From the NCBI RefSeq assembly GCF_006345805.1, contig NC_042998.1:108190001-108254000 (forward strand): DNA of 64,000 nucleotides, written 5' to 3'. The stretch comes from Octopus sinensis. Taxonomy: Eukaryota. The notes under the pieces are model-generated. The model made no database searches and was not told the origin of the DNA. It saw only the letters and a list, made by a program, of their open reading frames with translations. Below, one piece after another: positions 12,405 through 24,206 of the stretch (positions are counted from its first letter, which is position 1; each line of letters begins with the position of its first letter). Made by a program: the position numbers and the translations under genes.

Positions 12405-13633
12405 CGAGGGGCGTTCAATAAGTAATGCCCCTGACCCACTTCCCATAGCAGTAGAGCAACGAAACTTGGCACAGTTATTAGTCTTTTTCTACATAGGAAC
12501 CACCCAGAGTTACGCATTTCTCCCATCTACGACTTGACTTCAGAAATCAGGCTGCATCATCTGGGAAACGCTTTCCTTTCAAAAACAACTTCATGGCTGG
12601 GAAAAGGTGAAAATCAGAGGGTGCATGTCAGGAGAGTAGGGGGGATGAGGGATGAGTTCATAGCCGCACGCCTGTGCTTCTGATCTGGCGACACGCGAGT
12701 TGTGGATCGGAGCGTTGTCCTGCAGGAGGAGGATGCCTTTGCTGATCTTGCCCCGCCTCTTAATTTTGAAAGCTTCTCTTAATTTCCTCAAAAGTGAAGC
12801 ATAATAGACTCCTGTAATTGTGGCACCCTTTGCCAGGAAATCTGTCATCACTACTCCGTCCTGGTCCCAGAAGACTGAGCATGACCTTGCCAGCGGAGGG
12901 TTGCACCCTTGCCTTGTTTGGAGGAGGTGAGTCACGGTGCTTCCACTGCATTGACTGGGCTTTGGTCTCTGGATCATAATGATGGACCCAGGTTTCATCC
13001 TGTCTAATCAGTCTTTTGAAAAATTTTGACTCGTCTTGGCACATCTTCAAATTCATCCTCGCGCAATCGACGCGTTCTTGCTTCTGGAAAGGTGTGAGCA
13101 ACCTGGGAATCCATCTGGTAGACACCTTTTGCATATGCAAATGGTCATGAATGATAGTTTCCACAGACCCGGTACTAATCTTGACCTCATGGGCTATTTG
13201 GCGAATAGTTATGCGTCGATCTTCCAAAATGGCAGCCTCAACTTGACGGACAGATGCCTCATCAATGGCAGAAGGGGGCGACCAGATCTGGGAGCTGTTT
13301 CCACAAAGTTCCAACCATGTTTGAATTCACGATGTCAGCGTTTTACAAGGTCATATGATGGGGCATCATCACCATAAGTTACTTTTATTTCATCAAAAGT
13401 CTCCCGTGGTATGCGTCCTTTCAAATACAAAAACCGCATCACTGCTCGACATTCAACAGGCTCCGTGTCACACTTGACTCAGTTCAAACACCTGTAAATC
13501 AGAAACCACAATTAGTTCAGAGCTGTAGTTTACCACTTAATCAATAGAGATATAAATAATTGCACATGCAACATTTCAGCTAGATCAAACAAATGCAAGT
13601 GGGTCAGAGGCATTACTTTTTGAACGCCCCTCG
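12405..13633 (-). mobile_element. Mariner transposon, full length but defective
   Basis: TIR cgaggggcgttcaataagtaatgcccctgaccc at 12405, and its near-perfect reverse complement ending 13633 followed by TA. Transposase motifs WIPRLL, DETWVHHY, QDNAPIH and HPPYSPD are split over several frames. Confidence 0.93.
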
Positions 13634-13639
13634 TACATT

Positions 13640-13932
13640 TCCCAGACACCTTCGCTAAGCAGAATAATGTCTTTGCCTCTCGCCAACCTCCGACAACCCC
13701 TCTCCCTAACCTCCGACAATCTTTCTTGCCAACCTCCGGAAACCTCTTTCGCCAACCTTTCGCCAACCTCTCCCAACCTCTCCCTCCTCCAGCTGACAGT
13801 TTTTTGTACTTTTTCGTGACGGAAAATACACCTTTTGTGACAGTTATAACGAAATTGCTTTCTTATATCAGAGTAATAAGGCGTTTCAATAGAACATATT
13901 TACCTCCGGGAATTACCGGGTACACCAGCTAG
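13640..13932 (+). mobile_element. Non-autonomous Helitron 3' part
   Basis: Hairpin ccgggaattaccggg (13906-13920) followed by CTAG (13929-13932) then T. Internal gccaacct repeats. Confidence 0.55.
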
Positions 13933-13993
13933 TATTATACATATATAAAAAATCATACATGGATATATACATATACCGGCACACTTTTTCCCA

Positions 13994-14280
<287 letters not shown>

Positions 14281-14989
14281 TTTATAAAAGGAAGGATTCT
14301 TGTATAGGTGTGTATGCTTGTGTAATTATGTTAGTATGTCTGAGTGTACATATTTATATATGTGCATGTACGAATGCACGCGCACAAACGTGTATATCGT
14401 TGTAGATAATGTTAAAGAAACACACAGTTCATCGCATATTGTAAAATCTAAATCAGATGACATGAATGTCACCATGTACAATATTAATTGAAAATGGACA
14501 AACAGTTGTACAGAAATGAAACTTAATTCCAACATACACAGAAATCTTAATTGAAGCATAGAAAATAACGACAAAAAAACAATCACAAACATTTTGTGTT
14601 ATTTAAACAAAATTAATTTGATGTCATAAACTTGGAATAAATTTAATTACAACAGAGAAACATACGAAACAAAGCAAAATAAAAATGTAACAATAGGCTG
14701 AATATTAACAATTAGTAAGGATGAAATGCCGCCGGAGTTGGACTTAAATTCTCATTGTTGGATCGGTAAAAATAATTACCAATTAAATACTGTAGAAGAT
14801 ATAAACGACTATGCCTAATCCCGCCAAGGAATTGTGGCTGCATTCCTATGTTAGAAATCAGTCTAAAATCTCAGAATATATGGTAGACAGCCTAAGGTAT
14901 ATATCTCACTCAAAAGCGGCGGCCAGAGTATATGATCAAAAAGGTTGACGGTGATCCAGACGTTATGGGAACGCGAGTTAGCGACTAAG

Positions 14990-15442
14990 ACTAAGAAATA
15001 TAACTATGTGCAGAATTGTATGTTTTATATATGTATTCTCATGCATATAGTTGCATATTTAGATGTACTCATATATTTAAATGGATAAACTTCTGGAAAG
15101 TTTTACAGATCTTTACAGTTCCAGTAATGGATCGGATTTGTAGTCCTCGAATTAGCTTTCTCCTTTCTGCTTTTGAGAAGTCTAATTTCTCAAGATTGGT
15201 ATTTAGGCACTGTGTTACATATCCCAGGCCCCCAATAATTACAGGTATAAGCATGAAATTGTAATCTGGAGAGAGTAGCTGCAGGTTTCCCAATAGTTCA
15301 GTATAGGTGTTCTCTTTTTCACTGATCTTCAGCTTTATGTTAACATCCGCTGGGCAGCTGATTTCCACAAATGTGCACAGTTTCTCTTCCCTATCCGAAA
15401 TCATTATATTAGGTGCTTACATTTTATTGAGGTCTTCACAAT
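14990..15442 (-). mobile_element. 3' fragment of a second RLE non-LTR retrotransposon family
   Basis: PNIMISDREEKLCTFVEISCPADVNI..KISEKENTY..L....PVIIGGLG....LQIRSITGTVKICK is an RLE endonuclease C-terminus. The 5' junction abuts (CATA)n on the element strand. Confidence 0.75.
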
Positions 15443-15520
15443 GTATGTATGTATGTATGTATGTATGTATGTATGTATGTATGTATGTATGTATGTATGT
15501 ATGTATGTATGTATGTATGT
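15443..15520 (+). repeat. (TATG)n microsatellite
   Basis: Direct reading of the sequence. Confidence 0.95.
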
Positions 15521-15584
15521 CCGTATATATTGTGTATGTATGGATGGATAGAGAGATGAATGTGTGTAGTATTCTTTTATTCTT

Positions 15585-15995
15585 TTATACTTTTCAGCTA
15601 TTTGATTGCGGTCATGCTGGAACAACATTTTAAGGAGTTTTATTCGAAGAAATCGATCCAGGACTTATTCTTTATAAGCCTAGTACTTATTCTATCGGTC
15701 TCTTTTGCCGAACCGCTAAGTTACGGGAACATAAACACACCAAGCATCGGTTGTTAAGCGATGGTGGGGGATAAACAGACACAAAGACACACATAAATAC
15801 ACATAAACAAACGCGCGCGCACACACACACACACACACGACGGTCTTTCAGTTTCCATTTACCAAATCCACTCGGAAGGCTTTGGTCGACCCGAGGCTAT
15901 AATGGAAGACACCTGCCCAAGGTGCCACGCAGAGGGACTGAATCTGGAACCATGTAGTTGGAAAGCAAGCTTTTAACTACACAGCCACGCCCGCG
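15585..15995 (-). mobile_element. SINE family B, full length
   Basis: Homologous to 11683-12104. Confidence 0.85.
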
Positions 15996-16726
15996 CATGT
16001 TTGTATATTAAGTGTGTATAATTGTCTGTTTGTTGTTCTAACTTTAATTAGTACATACACACGCACCCCTTCTCTCTCTCTCTCTTTCCTTCTGTATACA
16101 CATTCTTGCAGTTGCCAACTAACCCTATGGGTTGGCTCATGACGAACAAATCACATTTATATGGATACATATACATGCATCTTGCTCTCACCTTCACGTA
16201 GTTGCATACATACTTCTTAATTCTTTAGGAATACCCATAAACCGATTCATCTATCCATGAAGACGCCAAGATAGATGCTAGCATGGGAAAAGAAGATTAA
16301 CAGAAAAATCTGTTCACATTGTATAACCAGAAAATTGGGTAAGAAAGATACTTCTATTTGCAAAGCCTGTAGTTGCAGACATGAAGACGTTAGGGGAATA
16401 TCAATTGTTCTGTATTTCTAATTGGTATCTAATAGCAGACTCATGTTGCCTATGGTCTGCTTTGCCAATCTTTCTTGCAGTCCTCTTTCTTATTCGATAG
16501 GGACGATATAAGAATATTTTGGCTGGAGATTCTCCGACAAGTTAAATGATATTTTGGCAGCATATAAGCAGGAATTACGACAGAAATGTAATTTGAAAGA
16601 TTAGCTAAGAAATCAGCTTTCAAATAATATCGATATTATCTGCTTTACATTATCTGATTTTATTTTGCAAGTATTTATGAATTCTCCCCGAGATTTTCTA
16701 TGTGTGTGTGAATATATATATATATA

Positions 16727-17125
16727 TTGTTGGCATCCTTTTGTCTCAGGAGTTGGGCATAAACTAATCCAGTCTGGTTTTTACATTTCATGTCCTTTCC
16801 AGTTTTGTGCAGGTCTGGGCTAGATGTAAGAAAACCCTGGGTAGCCCAATCGTCAGGATTCCTCTCTCGACCTTGCTAACGTAGTCCAAAGGAGTGCGGA
16901 GCATTACGTTTAGCACCAGTCTGGTTGCCGGAGCTGCCGGAAATGTGTCGAGACGAACACTAAATCGCCTACAGATTTCTTTGAAGGTTGTCTCCTTCCC
17001 GTAACCCTGTATAGGGGCCCATACCAGGTACTGTCAGCCGGAGCCAGCTGAGCCCGGGATTCGTGCCAGGCAGGGTCGTCACTCCCTGAAGTAGTGACGA
17101 AAATCGCTAATCGCTACCCACTACC
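16727..17125 (-). mobile_element. Non-autonomous RTE derivative (5' UTR-like part + RTE 3' tail) with an 18-bp TSD
   Basis: The 3' end ggacatgaaatgtaaaaaccagactgg...gagacaaaaggatgccaac matches the RTE 3' UTR at 28250-28330. Flanked by identical tgaatatatatatatata at 16709-16726 and 17126-17143. No ORF. Confidence 0.8.
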
Positions 17126-17139
17126 TGAATATATATATA

Positions 17140-17520
17140 TATAGTGAGAATTTACAAAAAGCAAAAGACGAAGACGGGTGTGTAAACAGCAAACGGATGT
17201 ATTAGTTTAACACTCTTCAACAGAAAGGAACACAGAAATAAACAGAGAGAGAAAATAAAACAGGTTTAGCGGCTAGCGATTTATTAGGGTGAGTGCCGGA
17301 CAGAGAGGTCAGTCAGGAGAGCTAGGAAGAAGGGGAGATAATAAAGTAGTGGTGATCCCAAAACGAAGGTGCGCCAATTTCAGGTATTTTGTATTTGTGA
17401 ATACGTGAGTGCAAGGTAATATCTGCGTGCGTATGGGTGCATATGTAGATGTATTGGCACTTATGTACTCGGGCGTGTTTGATTATGTTTTATGCGTGTG
17501 TTTGTAATGTATACACATTT
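17140..17520 (-). mobile_element. Third, more decayed copy of the Penelope pLTR-like repeat (HHR stem II deleted)
   Basis: caaaagacgaagacgg..tgtattag...ctcttcaacagaaag...aaaacgaaggtgc aligns with 28640-28920. Confidence 0.65.
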
Positions 17521-17759
17521 GTGATTAGGAAATATAAGACACATATCTTTGGTTGATAGCTTGCCAATTCCTTTTCAGGACAGCACGCTGGTTCTTGCTG
17601 GTAACAAGTTCTTACAATGGTTCCACGAACTGTTTGCTCACGACAATGCACTATATGCTGGGCAGCGGCTCTACCACTTTAAGGGCATTCAATGAGATTT
17701 AAACTATCGGGGAAATGTTTTATGTTTATTTTTTCATCCTATGCATGTGATGACTGCAT

Positions 17760-18380
17760 TTCCAGTGAACTGTGTGGAGGAACCAAAATCGTCAACTTTC
17801 AACTAGTCGATGTCCATGAGGACAATCCTTTATACGGATAGTATTGTTCAGAGTTTTAGCAAGAATGTCATGTCTCACAGAAAGTAGTATTTTGCAGATA
17901 TTTTTGAGCTGCTGATTTGCGTACAACTGTTCCATATCACTCGAGGACACATGGGTTGACCGATTGAGCAAAAGCTTCAGGAAGAAACAACCATCATATT
18001 AAGAGAAAGTTTTGCAAGCTTACAAATCCAGCAATATCTATTTCAGACTAATTTAGTTTGGGCATAATCGACATTTCTTGTTACGAAGTGGAAGGTTGGA
18101 AGCATTCCTTGAAATCTTTTAGTGAAAAGGTTTTTAGAAACAGTTTTCTGAATAGCGAAAATGTATAATTTAAAGTGGGATAAAAGCCCTGTAGAAATAA
18201 CTCTTATCTTCATTGTAGTTAATATCTTCAAGTTCGCTGGATTTGAACTCATGTAAAACTTTCTCTTGATGTGACAGTGTTTCTTCTTCACGTTATTGTT
18301 CAATTAGGTGAATCCAGTTGTACACTCAGAATATCTATTCAAGAAAACCTCACCCATCTCAGAATATTATCTTCATTGTT
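17760..18380 (-). mobile_element. Decayed RLE retrotransposon fragment (CCHC/RHD region)
   Basis: Manual translation across frameshifts gives KKCRLC... and VRHDILAKTLNNTIRIKDCP. Confidence 0.45.
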
Positions 18381-19414
18381 CTGTATGCATGTGATATACT
18401 AATTTCTTCCTTTATTCTTCAATAGAGATACTATGCGGTACTCAAGCGCCGTATGGACTGACCTTATGACTCTCTCTCCTTCGTCCTATCTAATATTGGA
18501 TCCTATTAGTGTCACTATAGATACAGAAAACAGTGGTGGTTAATACTTTCCTAATATTGATGTCCAAATTGCGAATATCTTCGAGTGACCAGTCTAGCAT
18601 TTCAAATAAAAGTACACACACACACATTTGTATATGTGTGTACGTATTTTTGTATGTATGAATATATATATGTTATATGCATATATAACTGCATGTGTTT
18701 ATGTGCGAGTCAGTGTAGTTTTATGTTTGTATTTATATATACGAATGTCTGTATGTCTATGCATGTGAGTATATATGTATAAAAACATGTATATTTGCTT
18801 CTGTGATTATTATATATGTGTATGCATGTATTTATGCGTGATTTTAGTATGTAACTACATTCATAATCATGCAAGTATGTTTATATGTAATTGTGTATGT
18901 ACGTATGAGTGCCTTTAGATATAGATTTATGTACGCAGTTGTATATATATATGTGTGTGCGTATGTGTGCGTGTGCGAGTGTATATATATATATATATTT
19001 ATCAATAAGCATTTCATTATAATTGGCAACTTACGCGTACGAATACAGTTACGAGACATATACAACCACCCACACACGTGTGTGTATTTGGATGCTTATA
19101 TATATATATATATGCATGTGTGTGTATATATATATGTATGCACATACATATAATGCATATATGCGTGTGTGAGAGTTTAGCTACCTATTTATAAATATTC
19201 ATATACAAAGACACACACTCACACACGCACGCACGCACACATTCACACACACACACACGCACACACATACAGATGAGGGTATGTGAAGGCAATGCACTTG
19301 GCAACTTCCTTCTGATCAAACTAATAAAACACACACAAACACGTTTGTGTGTTTGTGTATCTTACTGTGTGCGTGTGTGCTTTCGCCTGTGTCAGTGCAC
19401 ATCAATATACATTC

Positions 19415-19424
<10 letters not shown>

Positions 19425-19497
<73 letters not shown>

Positions 19498-19640
19498 TAC
19501 ATATATATATAAACATATATATACATGTATATACATATATACATATATATGTATACACGCATATACATATATATATATGTATATCTATATTTACATGTAT
19601 ATATGTATTTATGTATACATATGTATAAGTATATCTGTGT
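19425..19640 (+). repeat. (TA)n / (TACA)n compound microsatellite
   Basis: Direct reading of the sequence. Confidence 0.95.
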
Positions 19641-20099
19641 GTTTTTGTGTGTGTGTGCGTTCGTTCGTGTGTACAGAAAGAGAAAAGGTATTGAGTATAT
19701 ATTTTAGTGTTATAGGGAATAGCTAACACTGACTATATATATATATATATATGTTCTCAACCATATTTGGTAAAAGTCAAATCAATTCTCATCTGAGCTG
19801 AGAACTGTACGTCATGTGATCAGAAGCCGTGTATCATGTGATATAGAATTTTGAAGAGAAACTAAAGAAGTGATAGAGTAAATAAATTAAGAAAAGGAAA
19901 GGGTGAGATAGGGAGGGAAGTAAGGGTTTGTGGGGAGGGAGAGGATAATGAGGAGCAGGAGGAAAAGTGGAATATCAAAATACTTTTTCGAGATAAATGA
20001 AGAAAGAGCAAGAACTATGACCTGAAGAAGCGTTGCTTCAGAATCGAAGAGATGTTAGTTTAATAAGTCACATTTCTTACATGGAAGAAATCGGAAGTA

Positions 20100-20760
20100 A
20101 AAACAATTTTTAGTTGTAGGAAAGAGAGTTTGTATAATGGCTGTCTGAAGAGTGATGGTAAGATGATTCGCGGAGTGTAGTAAAACCGTTTGTGAAAAGA
20201 TGGTATGGTGGTTGCGTAAAGGAACGTTGTATAAATAGTTAGTTAAAGTGTCGTGTGGTGGTTGTGTATTGCAAAGTAAATATAATGGCTCTTTGAGTAG
20301 AGACAGTATGGCGGTCCTGTGAAGGGAAAGATGAGATGGTATAGTATTTGTGTGAAAGAATGCTAGACTTTTACTGCATGAAGCGATATGCTATTGTAAT
20401 TGTATGGTAAAAAGTTGGCTCGTTGAATAAAAACGATGTGGTTGCTTGAAAGAAAGTTGAATAATAGTTTTGAAGAGATGGTACAGTGGTTGTATGAAGG
20501 AAAGATATATAACGGCTGAATGAAGAGAAATGGTATGGCAGTTGTGTAAAGAGACATTGTATGATAGTTGTTTGAAGAGAGGGTAATATGAAGCCTTTTG
20601 TGAAAATTGTAAAATAGCTGTATCAAATAAGATGGTATGTTAATTGTGTGAAAGAAAGTTATGTAATAGCTGTGTGAACGAAGATGACATGTATAAACGA
20701 AGACGGCATGTTGGAGAAGAAATTGCATGGTAACTGATGAAATCTGATAAAGCTGCTGAG
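20100..20760 (+). repeat. Degenerate purine-rich minisatellite
   Basis: Recurring aagagatggtatgg..gttgtgt..aaag..ttgtataata motifs. Confidence 0.55.
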
Positions 20761-21229
20761 GGTTTGCGTCTACAATATTGGCAGTAAAATTTAAGAGAGT
20801 CTGTATGTGAAAACGCTCGACGTTTTGGACACAAGTCCTTCGACTGAGTGTTCAAGTAATGGTTGGTGTTAGTGAGAAAAAAAACTTAATAGATTAAAAA
20901 ACTGGGGCACAAATAGAATGAGAAGGTAATTGTGATGAAAAAAGATGGAAATAGTGAAGAGTGGTATGCGTAAGAGTTGAACAGAGAGAGAGAGGGGGGA
21001 GGGTGTGTGGTTGGTGTAATAGTTAGAAGAAATGGCTATCAATGTATGGTGAGTTAATAAACAACGTTCATACAAGCAATTATAAGAAAACAAAGGGGTG
21101 AGAAAAAGCAGAGCGAACCGATAGTAAAGTGAGCTGTGATTTAAGAAAATTGGACGCGAGTCATATTCAAACAACTTGTGATTACAGTTTCTACTTGGGA
21201 AATGAACCTTTATTCGCCGATTAGGTGGG

Positions 21230-21700
21230 GTTTTAGAGTAAGGCCAAAAGTTTGAGGAGCTGGCAAACTAAAGGCTTTAGAATGCAAGGGAAGTTATTGT
21301 GGGGATTCAACAAATCTTCCCTATATTTTGCCTGCACAGATTACAATGAATTAGATTATCAGAAAGCAATCACAGTAGTCGAGAAGCATGAGGCCACCGA
21401 GTTTAAGTCTGGTGCAACTGTCAATAAAGAACATAAGAGATAAGAGTCTTTTATCATAAGGATTGGTGATGAATAGTTTAGAGGGTCTGCGTGACAGACA
21501 AGCTGCAAGCGAAGGTTGTGGCTGGTCGTGATTGTAGTATGTGTGGGCGACAACCAAAGAGGAAATGAATTGTTTAAAAGTAGCTGGAACTAAACAGAGG
21601 GAGTGAGTTGCAAGTGCAGATGATTGGGTAGCCAGGTCGTTAGGATTATGAATTTTAAATAGAAAGTAATTTGTCGATATGGAATTAAAGACTGCAAGCA
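21230..21700 (-). mobile_element. Possible decayed Gypsy-like gag/protease junction
   Basis: SRRPSKLFITNPYDKR..FFIDS resembles the SRLFFVTD...FLIDTGA protease start. Heavily degraded. Confidence 0.25.
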
Positions 21701-21879
21701 AAAATAATGCACAAGAGAAAGTTGATTTTTTCAGTAGCAATAGACATGTTCGTTACGTAATTAGAAGAAGCAATTACTGAGTTTGCCGAGCACTTCCTTT
21801 ATGTAGAAGTAAAAACACCATGGCACGAAAGAAGGGCTGTTAGACATTTGTACGGTGGTGGGAATCTATATTATGTCTG

Positions 21880-21995
21880 GAGAGGAAGTGAGAGAGATAG
21901 AGATAGAGAGAGGTGAGAGGGAGAGCAAAAAAGCAAGAGAAAGTGAGAGAACGCCAAAGAGAGAGAAAGAGAGATAGAGAGAGAGAGAGGAGGAC

Positions 21996-22036
<41 letters not shown>

Positions 22037-22110
22037 CAAAGAGTAGAGGGAGATGGAGGATTGTTGCATTATGCTTAGAGAGAAGAGAGAGAAACAGAGA
22101 AATAGACAGA
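21880..22110 (+). repeat. (GA)n-rich polypurine tract
   Basis: Direct reading of the sequence. Confidence 0.9.
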
Positions 22111-22429
22111 AGCAGAGTGAAAATAAAGGAGAATAAAGACTCTACGACTGGTTTTCTTTGTGCAGTGTCTTTTAATCTTGCTTCAATAAGCCTAGCTGTA
22201 ACAGGTGATTTTGCAAATTGAGATAAAAATCTAAATTTTGTAATTCTTGTAATGCTCTACGTTCAATCGCCGATGAATTTCCTCCGTGTCTGTAATGTCC
22301 ATTGTCACCGATAAATCCGTTAAATTATGTTATAACATCACGTCGTTTGTGTATCTATATTAAATGTGGCTTTCAAACTAATTCGCTCTAATGTTTGCTC
22401 GTGGGCAATAAATACATCTCTTAAGTCTA

Positions 22430-23319
22430 CGGAGTGTTCGAGTTAAATTTGACAGTTTGCATAAAAAGGAAAAGAAAACCCAATGCTCCATCCAAAAATA
22501 GAAGTATTTTAAAAAAATCAAAAAATATCAACTAGATTATGGCTTGGAGATAACGATTTACTCAAAGTAGCCGCCCTCAGCTTCCACCATGACCTCAAGA
22601 CGGTTCCGAAACCTGGCGCATGCATTCCTCACTGCGTTTCTGGGAAGACCTTCGAATACCTTCTTAATCTTTGTCACCATCTCGGCCTTAGTGTTGCAAA
22701 TAGAGCAGTGTGTCTGTCTCAACATAGTAATCCATGGGAATACAAATGGGAGAATTATGAGGCCAGAAATTGATGCTGGTGAAATCGTTGAAATTCTCTG
22801 ACAACCACTTCTGCTTCTTTCCGGAGGTATGGCAAAGAGTCGAATTCCTCTGCCTCACATATGGCCTTCTAGCAGCAACACTTTCCAGCCAGAGTTTGAC
22901 CACAGTCTCCAGCAGCTTCACACAACCGTCTGAATTTTGCCTAAGGCCCTGTTTAAAGATGTGAGGATGACTTCCGGCATATGGACGCAGTTAGAACCGC
23001 TGCTGTATCCCTTCCTGTTGGCCACAGCTTCGTAGTCTTCGTTGCAGTTGTCCATGTCACGTCTTACAGCCTTTATAGTGTTCATAGGGCATTGAGCAGC
23101 AATGGTGATGTCGGCATTTTGGTACCCGGCGCGAATCATCATGATATAAGTAACTCTTTTCTAATATTCAGGTGATTTCCTGTCCTCCATGACAGCTAAC
23201 TTTTTTAAAACTACAGCTTTAATCTTTACGCTCTCTAACGCTGTTGACTTTTTGCAATTACATGAAGCTATTCTTGAAAAAGAGACAAAAATCCCGTCAA
23301 ATTTAGCTCGAACATTCTG
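22430..23319 (-). mobile_element. Internally deleted Tc1/mariner (maT/DD37D-like) element with TA flanks
   Basis: TIRs cggagtgttcgagttaaatttgac (22430) and gtcaaatttagctcgaacattctg (ends 23319), with TA on both sides. Remnant WLESVAARRPYV.Q.NS..CHTS.K.QKWLSENF.DFTS..FWP.NSP..PMDYYV. Confidence 0.85.
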
Positions 23320-24001
23320 TAGTTACCCAGTGATGCCATATACATGAAAAACAATATAACTAATTTAATGCAGTGAGAATAAAAAATATAATCTTAACAC
23401 GTGGAAATGAATGTATGTTTCTTCCAAGCTGTAGGCCATAGTTCTGTTTCTATGTAGCTATAATGCTTCATAGTGGTCATATCTCATTAAGAAGGTCACA
23501 GGCTAAGTAACTGTTTCTGATATTTTCTATAAACTTGGGGAAAGCAGGGCAGTGGGGCTAATTATAAATAATTATGTGTTGACTAAAAGATGAGATTAGC
23601 TCAATGATAAATTTTGTTTTAATCCTTTTGGTAAGCATGGAGAACAACGCTCGACATGTTTTAGTCTTGTTATTCGAATTATGAGTTCACTGTATCTGCT
23701 GAAATAGCAATCAGAGAATCATTGCGTGGGTGTTCAATATTGCACGTGAATAGAGATGAATAGTTAGAGTATTAAGAAACAAAGCAAAACAAAAACACTA
23801 GGTTTAATTAATAGTTTTAACACTATTTCATGCAGAAAGCGTTTCCGATGATTAAAAAAGATGCTTATTTTTTTTACACCTATACATTTATAATATTGGT
23901 TTTGAATTTTGGTGCAAGGCCAGTAAGTTTGGTGGAAGGGATAAGTCTAACGTGCTGACGATTCTGTCGCCTTCTACTCATTCAAAATATTGTACACTTA
24001 T

Positions 24002-24206
24002 AAGACGGCGAGCTGACAAAATCGTTAGCACGCCGCGCAAGATGCTTAGCGGCATTTCGTCCGTCTTTTCGTTTTGAGTTCAAATACAGTCGAGGTTGAC
24101 TTTATCTTTTATCGATAAAATAAGTACCAGTTGATCACTGGGATCGATGTAATCAACTAACCCTCTCCCACAAGATTCCTGGTCTTGTACTAAAATTTGA
24201 AACCAA
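24002..24206 (+). mobile_element. SINE family A
   Basis: aagacggcgagctgacaaaatcgttagcacg...gttcaaat..gaggttgacttt...aaatttgaaacc. Confidence 0.85.

Noticed and set aside
16230-16690. Possible further RLE retrotransposon fragment on the minus strand
   Set aside because: Only vague similarity (LHG-like motif) with many stops; cannot be supported without alignment.
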